DNA of 64,000 nt from Auanema rhodensis (lineage: Eukaryota > Animalia > Nematoda): NCBI GenBank assembly GCA_964057225.1, contig OZ059897.1, positions 11,594,001 through 11,658,000 on the forward strand. Reading direction: 5' to 3'. The position numbers and the translations under genes are program-made. Within the stretch, counting starts at the first letter, position 1. The number at the start of each line of letters is the position of its first letter. The notes beneath the pieces were generated by a model, which had not been told where the DNA came from, did not search any database, and worked only from the letters and a program-made list of their open reading frames with translations. Shown here piece after piece: positions 54,019 to 64,000 of the stretch.

Positions 54019-57000
54019 ATGAAGAGAAAACATAGTGAAGCGTGCGAGTCTACTGAAACTTCAACAGGTAACACATGCTGATGAAGGAGTGTGTATAGGT
54101 ATAGTGGTTTTAGATGGGCTACATTCTACACTGGATCCGGATGTTTTGCACGAAATAGCTCGAACTTTGGAAAAAAAATCTATACCAAGTTTATTAAGGT
54201 ATTTAAGGGTATTGTGAACGGATTAACAAGTATAATTCAAGATTTCGAGGCATTAACCAAACTTGTGCAGACATCGGTTCAAGAGTTTTATCAAATTCTT
54301 CTGAGAAAATAGTGGATGTAGGAGCGGTTTTTTCAAACAGAGTTTAGTTATAATGTGTGCACGAAAATAACTATTTGTTCAGAATCCTTTTATATTACGG
54401 TTTTATGAAACAGGCAAAAGAGGAGAACAGCTTAAGTTTCATAATGATGTTCGTCAATTAGTAACCCTTTTGGAGAAATTAGCTAAGTCTTATGGAAGAA
54501 AAGATCTAAACCTTGGTAGTTCATTTTTCGTATATATAGTTATAATAAGGATAATATTAGCAAACTTTAATCTGGAGTCTATTTCATGGATGCCCAAGAA
54601 AAATAATATCATTAAGCGATGCCCAGCATTATTGCAAAAAAGAATAGTTAAACTTATGAAAACTTACTTTAAAGGGTAAATCTTACATATAATTTATTTA
54701 GAATTTATTTAATTTATATTAGAACTACTTCGTACGAGTATCCAAAACATTTTTTACGTCCTTCACGTTTCTTTTCCATAATATCTCGACAGTTGAATAA
54801 TATCACCTGTTTGGACTTAGGTGATATCAATGTAAGTTACCTTTTCAATAATATTTTTATTATTTTTGTTTTTAGGCAACTGAAGCTCTTGATTTAGGAA
54901 ATTGTGTATTTCCTGCTTTAAGCAATCTAGAAACTTTTGCTTGGCACAAAGCTGAAATGTGGTTTATTGAAGTCTGAGATTTGTCCTAAACATATATTCA
55001 TTATATCAAATTACAGGCATTACCTAACCCACATAAGCTTAAAAATATTTCACTCACCTTACGCCGAGGACAATTCACATCTGAAAGTATCAGACCTCTA
55101 CTCAATTGTCAAGCATTAGAACGATTATATTTCGGATTTAGAGTTCCTGAACATGCGTATGCTTTTCCATATTTGTTTTCCAATATTCGGATCATGATTT
55201 AAGAACTCGCTTTGATTTGGAAGTTTTACTCAACACATATCAGGCCTTTTGGAATAACCGAAATTATTATCCTGCTGAATGTTTGAAAATTTCTGGGTTT
55301 GATCCTATTAAAATTGAATCATCTGAGGTTTCTTATCAAAATAGCACTTGTTCTGTATATATTTTTTTCAGGGAAGCTCTAAAGACTTCTGTTATCGAGC
55401 TTTTCCGGCGTTAACTCACCCTTGTTTCTGGAATTGCCCTACTACCGTAAGAAATCTTTATGACTTCCAAGTTTTATGGTTCATTTACTTTAGCTATTCA
55501 TCATTCTGGCAAAGAAAAAATATTTTTACAAAACTTTACAATTTGGTCAACTTGATCAATCTTTATCTCGTTTGTGCTCTATTGATTCATTCTTACAAGT
55601 ACAGTTTCTTAAAATATTTAAATTATCTTACTATTTAGGCTTTATTCTCATTCGATCCCTTAGTACAGCCTGGATATCTTTTTACAAACAATTTGAAAGT
55701 GAGACCTTCAAAAAGTTTCCAAAAATGTTAAAAAATCTATTTAGCTTTATCTTCACGCGATGCCTGTAGTTAGCTTAGACTATTATCTACCTCAAATAAT
55801 GACTGCCCTAGGAGATGTATGATTTTTCATATATCATATGTTTTAGAAAAATATTGTTTTAAGATTTTCGCAGAAGTCAGCTCCATTGATCTCTTTATTA
55901 AATGTTCGTTTGATGCCACTATGCCTTCTAGTTGGCTGTTAGATAGTAAAAGACCTAAGCATCCTAATTCAAAATTCTTGAAACTCTCGAAATTTTCATT
56001 GCATATTGATAATTTTTGTTTGGTGAGTCTGTATTACATTGTTTCTTAATCTGATAATATTTCCAGCTTGATGATTTGGACATTTATTTGCCAGATACTC
56101 TAACACATCTGACATTATCTTTCGTAGTACCTCCTGAGAAAAAGAAGCATTTTTTGGCTTCGTTGTTCAAATTTATTAAACATTTTGAAAACACTAACAG
56201 GTTCCCTGATTTAGAAGAGTTCCATATACAGGTATTCATATAATTGTTGAAAACAATTTTACAAGATAATTTTTTAGATATATGGAATCAGATGTTTTGA
56301 AGCCGTTTTTAACCATGTTATTGATGTTATACCAGATTTACAAAAGCTTTCTGTACTGTGCATGCCTGTTGAACAAAAAAGGTTTGATATTCATCAAATT
56401 CTTTATCATTTTTCAAATTTATTCAGAGATTCTCTAATTGATCTTTGCGCTCATGCAATGAAAATTTGTAAAAAATTAAAAGTATTGAATTTGTGTCCGG
56501 ATTTAGTAAATCTCCTCATGGGAGTAAGTGAAGTAAAACAGCAAAGTATGTTTCCATTTCTTAATATATAGGCTTTTTCAAAATTTTCAGATTATTTCTC
56601 TTGGCAATGTGATTTTGAAAAGTTTTCTCATGAAAATAAACTTTTAACGGAAAGATGTGAACTCGCTGTATCTCAGTTACCATTATGTGAAGGATTTGAT
56701 AGTTATGTAGTTGAGCCCGTGTACCCGGATGCAAATTCTTCTTTGACTGAAGAGATAGATGATGATGCTGTACGGTTTATTTTTGAAAATTTGTTCTGAG
56801 ATAATCGTTTAGTCTTCTGAATCCGATTCGAAAACTGACGATGAAGATGAAGTATCAGATGAAGAAGATTCCTTTATTGTCGATGATGATGAGAGAGAAT
56901 CGAGTGAAGATGAATTAGATATATTAGAGAAAAAGCTTGCCGCAGAAAGTGATCGTCGTCATCAAAGGGTAAAACACCTACATTTCTTAAGTTTGCAATT

Positions 57001-57465
57001 GATGTTGTTAAGGATCAGAAGAAACGTAGGCGAATATTATCAGAAAATGAAAGCACTGAAGAAGAAAACGATGATGATGTCGTTGTGTTCCGAGGAAAGA
57101 AACGTGATGATGACGAAGAATCAGATGAAGAAGATTTTGAGGATGAAGAAGAGAGCAACGATGAAGATAGAAATTCTTTCTTGGATGACATGGCAGAAGA
57201 AGATCATGGTGATCCGGAAGAAGAAGAGGATGACACAGAAGAAGAGCCCGAAGATGAGGATGATGATAGCGATACCGGTAGTTATGTGGTAATTAGAATT
57301 GTAACTAAGTTATTATCTCATTCAAAATATTTCAGCGTCAATCAATTGAAATTGTGAATTCAAGATCGAATAAGCCTGCACATAAAAGAAAGAAAATTAT
57401 AGGTTTGAAGATATTATACTAATCTAGACTTAATTAATAATATTCTAGAATCAGATAGCGAGTAA
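54019..57465 (+). CDS. F-box-like/LRR (RNI-like) protein with a long Asp/Glu-rich C-terminus
   Basis: N-terminal LDPDVLHEIARTL, repeated LRR-like motifs (ITCLDL, FPALSNLETF, LPDTLTHLTL, FPDLEEFHI, CKKLKVLNL), an acidic tail and basic HKRKKI near the stop. The domain call is tentative. Confidence 0.7.
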
Positions 57466-57620
57466 ATATGCAGACTGCCTGTTATTTTTTATATCCAATC
57501 ATTTGTTTTTTTCTTACCATTACCTTGTTGCATATGTTGAAAATAAAATTCGACAATACAACTGTTCTCAGTTCTACATTTTACATTTTTGTTTCAAACA
57601 AGTTAAGTTTTTTATTCATA

Positions 57621-57641
57621 CAGCTGTTAAAATGCCAGCTG
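57621..57641. promoter_or_regulatory. Paired CAGCTG E-boxes upstream of the PDZ-ZM gene
   Basis: CAGCTG at 57621 and 57636. This is the HLH-1/MyoD-type site; its function here is inferred. Confidence 0.35.
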
Positions 57642-58470
57642 TCTAGATTTCTTGCACTCTCGAGATCTCACAATGGCATCTAGAGATAATATCTTCAACA
57701 GCCGCGAGAACAATCATGTATAAACAACTGTTCATTAGCTTTTTGAAAAACTGTGTATCGAATGGTGTTTGAAAATTGAACCGAACGTCAGTTATTTAAT
57801 TATATGATCCTTATCAATAAATGTATTATACATATATGATGTTATTCAAATAACATAGTTGTATAATTATAGAAAAACAATCTTAAACATCTGTAAGTAA
57901 TTTTAAATTTGATTACAAGTTGACATCTGGATTACGTTCTTTTTCTTACGTTTACAATCTGTCCAGCATTTAAAACTGTTTTTCTGATTCGAATTTCATG
58001 TAATCATCGAGTTCCATAGGTTGAATGAACCGGAACAAACTTTTCTGAATATTCATTAATATTCTTCATTTAATTTATTTATAATTGATTTCTTTTTTTT
58101 TAAACATAAACAAATGCTGCTAAAGTTTACGAACCCAAGCTGATAATGCAGGAAGAAGCTATTTTTCGAATGTTGTACCATCAGTTGTCCCTATTTCAAA
58201 AATCAGTTGCTGATGGATAGACGTTTGGCAAAAGCTAGCAGTCATGTAATTCACTACCAGCGTTTCTCCACCTCCCCACCCCTGTGATCTCTTCCCACCT
58301 CCACAACTTAGGTTCATAGTGCTTAAGCAACAATCTCTGTTTTGCTCGATGGAGTCTAGAATTTTCTTTCAATCTTAGAATTATTGTTTTCATAGAATGA
58401 ACGTTGTAGTATCTTTTAAATTATTTCATATATTCTTAATTTTTCTTTTTAAAGTTTCTTTTATTTAAAG

Positions 58471-60195
58471 ATGTCTTACGAAACAATTTCGGTTCGAATG
58501 AACCGTAGCGATACTACTATTCGCTGGGGCTTCTTATTGTCGAAATCAGGAGATCGCCTCATTATTCAAAACGTATCAAACTAATTTCTATAGTTTTCGA
58601 ACTTATAATTGTTTTAATTTTAAGCTTGAGCCTGAATCTTTATCCGAAAAGGCAGGACTCCGTAATGGTGATTTCGTAGAATCTATTTGTGGACATCCTG
58701 CTCGTTCACTTGGAGTACCAGAGGCAAATCAAATAGTTGATCAAGCCCGATATGAAGTTTTCTTCACTCTCCAACGGTAAATCTCAATATATGTTTGCCC
58801 CCAGTTGAGTTAGAGTCACAGATACGTAACTTCACATTCCTGTTTGCCATGGACATTATCTGAGAAAGATAATAAGTTGGTAGTGGACGAGATTCGCCCT
58901 GGATACGGAACTGGGTTCACCCACAACGCTTTCAACCAAAAGTCATCCTCCTTTGGCAATCCAGCACCACCAGCACCAGCTATGAATACTTCTAATTATT
59001 CTTCAAACCAAAAATATAGGTATTGATATGTTTTATTGAGTTATAATAATATTTGTTATGTTGTATAGAAATGATAAAGATGTAGGATCGTTAGTTGATG
59101 ATTATATCAAATTTTTATTTTTTTGGTTTTCTTCATTATAATCGAATATATTACTTTTTTGCAGTTCAAGTGTTCATAGTAGTTCTAATAATCAATCATA
59201 TAATTCTGGAATTCCTCGTACTCATGAGCATAACTTACAAAACTCTATTCATCCAACTCAGGCAAAGTTCGAAGTTGAAACGTTGTTATATGTTGCTTGT
59301 TATTTAGAACAACTTCACATCTGGCAGCCGATATAACACTTCAAATTATACTTCTGGAACAGCATATCCATCTCCTCCTGTTGTTGCTGCCCCTGCTCCT
59401 CCCGCTCCTTCTCAGTTCTACAATGCCCAAAATGACAACAGAAGTGGAATCTTCAACTCGAATGCCGCAGTCAGAAACCATTCGGTAAAATTTGTTGATG
59501 ACAACAGCGGTTCTAAGAAACCAACAGGTTATGCCAATGGAAATGTAAACAGGTTCGAAAATAGTTTTTATTTTATTTTTTTATAACTTTTTGAGATTTC
59601 TAGCTTTGGAGGTACTACTCCTTCTAAAACAGATGGAAGTCTTCCAATGAATCAGCAACCATTCATTCAAACATCAATGCCTAATACTGATGGCTTTAGC
59701 AGCAGAAGCAAGAGTAGCCTTTCACCTGGTAAACACATACTGAAAACTGGCTAACAATTGGTTAACTTAGGTGGTTCAAGAGTTCGATATCATTCTCCAT
59801 CAAGTCGTTCTCGACGAGACTTGTCTCCAAATTCGTCTGTTGAACATTTGCAGTACAATTCACCAATGAATATCTATTCACCTGATACTGTGGCTGAACA
59901 ATATGCTTTACAAACTGGAAAAGCGCTTGAGTAAGTTACAACTTTGGGATAGTTTAATTGTATTTTTGTAACATTTTTAGAGGACAACGGTCCCAAAACA
60001 ATACACCTGCTTACTTGAATTCAGAGACCAAAAAGGTTTGTCATACTTTTGTAAAAAACAATAATTAATCATTATATATTATTTGTTTAGTATATTGAAG
60101 AAGTAGAGGGGCGCATGCACAGAGGACTATCACCTTCATGCCAAAGTTCATCATTCAAGAGAATTAGTCAAGCTGTTGGAGCTCCATGCAAGTAA
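58471..60195 (+). CDS. PDZ + Zasp-like motif (ZM) protein, ALP/Zasp family, no LIM domains
   Basis: MSYETISVRMNRSDTTIRWGF...SLSEKAGLRNGD (PDZ), HLQYNSPMNIYS (ZM), PAYLNSET, QSSSFKRI. Confidence 0.85.
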
Positions 60196-60925
60196 CATAC
60201 ACACATCATCATTAAGAAGAGAACTAGATAATTTTCTGAATCTTACCCTTTTCATGAATATCCCATCAACAATACGGAATAGATATATACATAACAGAGA
60301 GCGTCAGTCTCATAATTTCAGGCTTTAATGCTTTTCAAATATAAAAAGGCTTTATCATTTAAAATGTTATTGTAAATTATATATGAAATCTACATATATA
60401 ATGATAATATTTTATTTTTTCTTCTTAGATTTATATGTTAATTCATTAATTTTATTATTATTATTGTAATATTAAATACGAAGTATTACTGTATAGTTTG
60501 TAAGCGAATATATTTAATGATTTCTCTATTACATAAGTGAAAAATGAAAGAAAACTAATGATCTAGACGAGATATCCTGGTAATTCTTCTGTTGTAGTTG
60601 TGGATCTGTAATGTTAAAAGCATTTATGATGAAAATAGAAGGGATATTAGTTGAAAATGTATAGAAGAATTGAAAAGAAAAACGGAAAAATTAAAGAGTT
60701 TCCACCATGCAGATGGCTATTTAACTATGCTAAACTACATGCACTCTTTAAAATCTTATGAATTACGAAATAAAAATCCTTTAATTCAAATAATTTTAAA
60801 ACTAAATTCTCACAATATATTAAAAGAATCTAATTATATATACATATACATATAAATATGTATATATATATATATATATAAATTTATATAAAATATTTCA
60901 AAAATTGAGATAAAAATTAAAAAAT

Positions 60926-62212
60926 TCAAGAATCGATTTCTACCAACTTTGTATTATTATCCGATGGTGAAACATAAATATTAGATTTTGGGAAAGGCTG
61001 TCTAAAAACGATTACAAATTAGTTTTAAGAGAAAATTCTGTAATACCTTTTGAAGTTGTTCAATTCAACTCTTTGTCTGGCTGATTGCATCATTGAATTG
61101 TCCTTGATACAAGCTGACCAAGCATAAGTGAAGATGGCAAAGATAAAGGGGAAAAGATCAATTAAGATCATTAAGACGACAGAATAAGTTGGGAAAAGGG
61201 AATTTTTAATTTTGGGGATGCAAGCTTGCTGAAAACAAAAATTTAAAATTTAAATGAAAAGTTTAATATTCACTTGTAAATCGAATTGAAGTAATGTTTC
61301 ATGTGGATGAAACTCGCAAGCATAAGAATTTTGAATATCAGCAATCTGATATTCATCTCTGGGATATGCTTCCACAAATAATCGATCAATCATCTAATAT
61401 AAATATATTTAATTAATAAATTTATAATAAAAAGTAAAAACCGATGGAAATTGTGCAGCACTCCAGAGAAGAGGATGTACCAAATATAGGAATTGTCCAA
61501 TGCAGAAGATTAAAGAGATCAAACAAGCAACCTTAAACAGAGTTAATTCTTAGAAATCGAAAATGAAAGAAATAGAAATTACTCTGTAAATCATTTTTAC
61601 TAAGTTTCCTTCAGCAATATTGCAATGAGCAATAACAAGAATTGGACTTAATAGAACACAGAAAACAATATTCCAGATAAATAAACTCCAAATAGTATCA
61701 TTACACTAAATAAATAAATAATATTATCTATTGAAAGAAGAAAAAAGAAAATACTTTTTCCAATAGATAAGCATCACTTTCAAGCTCTTCAACTGTCATC
61801 CATTTACGTCCATGAACATCAAATCCTGTACTGTTTTCTTTTGGATAATTTTCATCCATTGCAGATTTAAGCTCCTAAAATATTTTTTTTTTCTTAAAAA
61901 TTCTAAAAAATAAAAATTACTTTAGCTATTTGATGAGTTCGATTAACATATGTTGTTAATTGTGAATGAACACCTTTATGAATAACTCCATAAATACTTA
62001 GAATAGAAGCAATAATAAATAAACAAAAGAAGATACATATTCCTAGTCGTCCATCTAATTTTGTTTTATATTTCTTAATACTCTGAAATTATTTTAATAA
62101 AATAACAATTTTTGTCATCTTTTCTTCTTCTTTTTTTTTTGAAATAAAAATTTAATTTTTGAAAAATAATAATAATGTATCTATCTCATACCACTGGATT
62201 TTGATTGTTCAT
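60926..62212 (-). CDS. Four-transmembrane (tetraspanin-like topology) protein of unknown function
   Basis: Eight exons splice in frame. There are four hydrophobic segments and a loop with two Cys (YACEF, QACIP) before TM4. Confidence 0.75.
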
Positions 62213-63600
62213 TATAAGAAACGGTCTAAAAAACTAAATAAAATTGTTTTTTTTTATTAAAAATAAGATAATTAGATAAAAAATAAAAGAAAAATATAAT
62301 TATTATAAATTATTCTTAAAATTAATAAAAAATATTGGTTAATAATAGATCTAAGAATCAAGGATAGTTCGAATGAGAAGTTAATTTCTTCGATTTGGCC
62401 GTAGTAAACTTAAGGTCGAAAAACGAAAGATCGCTTAAAGACACTTACGATATGAAAAGAATCATTGATTATGTGAGTATTATCCAAAAACAACGGAAAA
62501 AGAAGAAAATAAATCCAAATAATCATAAAGAAAGTCTTGAAAAAATAAATTTGAAAATAAAAAAATGGGAAAAATGAGCAATGAAGCGTTTGAATTTCAG
62601 TTATATTGAGAAAGACATATAGACATAAAACATTGTTCAGGTTGAAGTTGTTTTTGTTTGAAGTTTTTAAATTAAAACAGTAGCAAATTAGAACGAACAA
62701 GTTTTATTTCCAAATAAATATATAACAAGTACATTGTAATCATTTCAATTAAAATGTAACAATATACTTTTTGTTTTGTTTTTTTGTTTTAAAAGAATAG
62801 AAAATATTTCCGATTGAATGATTAAGTTTATAAAATATAATAGTTATTAACATTTTATTTTATAATTAAAATTAAAAATTATTTATAAAAATTGATTTTG
62901 ATGATCAAGGAAACAGAAGAAAGTTTCATCAGAAACTGACTAGGATGTTTAACTGAGCCGATATTACAATTGTTGAGATCAAGACATCGGCGAGAACACC
63001 ATAGAAACTGCTTAGGTAAATACTGTTAAGAATCTTCAATGTTCTGATATTATGAGAGCTTTAAGTATGTTTCAAAGAACAATAATATAATCTTATTACT
63101 TATTTAATTAAAATTAAATAATTTTAAATCAATTATAATATATTTTATAATATTATTATTATTATAAATAAAAGATTAATTGATTGTTTTAAATAGTTTT
63201 AATTAACTGAAAATGTATATGTTTTCTTAATTCTTCTTCAAATATTTGTGTAAATACATGTATGCTGTCGATTATATGAAGTTGAAAAGAAAAAAGAAAT
63301 ACGGGGATGGTTCAAGAACACTCTTAGAAGATTAAGATTAAATATATGAACTAACAGGTCATATGTTTAAGTTTTGAACTTTTTCATTAAATATTTCCAA
63401 AAAAAAACATTTTCTAATATAAAAGTACAAAAATGTATGTTCAAGTATTGAGTGTGAATGTGAAACTTTGAAAAGAACTGAAAAAAAAAAGTTAAGTGTA
63501 AGAGAAGAGAATAGAATTTGATTATAACGTTGAAAACAAAAGAGAAAGAAAAGATAAACTTCAACTAAATGAACATTCGGCGTAGAGTCATGATGTCAAT

Positions 63601-63710
63601 GGAGAGAAAGAAAAAGGGAGAGAGAGAGAGAGATAAAGAGAGAAAGAGAGAGAGAGAGAAGAGGGAGAGGCAGAAAGATAAAGAGAGAGAGAGAGAGAGA
63701 GAGAGAAAGA
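63601..63710. repeat. Imperfect (GA)n purine tract
   Basis: Visible directly in the sequence. Confidence 0.9.
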
Positions 63711-63770
63711 AAAATAAAAAAAAGGTTAACATTCTAAGAAATAACAGTTTAACAAGAAATTTTGTATTTA

Positions 63771-63956
63771 TCATTCTTCGTTATTGTCTATATATTGGTT
63801 CATCTTGTTCAGATAAAAACAAATCAATGAAAACGATGAAACTAACCGGAGGATTTTTAGTAAAAACCTTCTGAACTCCACCTCCAGTTAAGCTACCACT
63901 TCCACGATGATAATCTCGGATAGAATTTGGTGAATCAGATCCCAAAGACACAGTTC
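63771..63956 (-). CDS. Last two exons of a gene that starts beyond the window
   Basis: TVSLGSDSPNSIRDYHRGSGSLTGGGVQKVFTKNPP, a 43-nt GT-AG intron, then MNQYIDNNEE*. Confidence 0.55.
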
Positions 63957-64000
63957 TTCAAAAACTTTTATTTTTTCAAATATCGATGTGTTTATGAAAG

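Noticed and set aside
54050-54095. GAAA...GTA...CTGATGA order suggestive of a type II hammerhead ribozyme
   Set aside because: Stems I and II cannot form, and the sequence is explained by exon 1 and intron 1 of the LRR gene.
63565-63874. ORFs rich in ER or SL dipeptides
   Set aside because: These are translations of the GA tract.

Overview
Eukaryotic, AT-rich, gene-dense DNA from a nematode, most likely a rhabditid (clade V). The evidence is C. elegans-like genes, many short (~43-50 nt) introns, and AG trans-splice acceptors directly in front of many start codons. The species cannot be determined. Bases ~750-12,600 are a mosaic of near-identical duplications: a 2.48-kb inverted repeat, a 1.69-kb inverted repeat carrying two convergent copies of an achaete-scute bHLH gene (hlh-14-like) with identical 5' parts but unrelated C-terminal tails, plus 1.05-kb and 0.42-kb direct copies and an older diverged E-box module. 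The rest, in order: a Cys-rich type-I membrane protein (Ig/FAM187/SPE-45-like candidate, needing a non-canonical GT-GG intron); a secreted mucin-like gene with 10 x 135-bp repeats; upb-1; two small orphan genes ending in cationic amphipathic helices; a GH18 chitinase; a USP6NL/tbc-17-type RabGAP; cox-10; dcaf-13; bpnt-1; cathepsin A; mrpl-10; REXO4; a complete MICAL monooxygenase; an F-box/LRR-like acidic-tail protein; a PDZ-ZM (Zasp-like) protein; a 4-TM protein; and the 3' end of another gene. Gene models were spliced and translated by eye, so CDS coordinates span introns. Family assignments come from motif recognition and recalled knowledge, not database searches.
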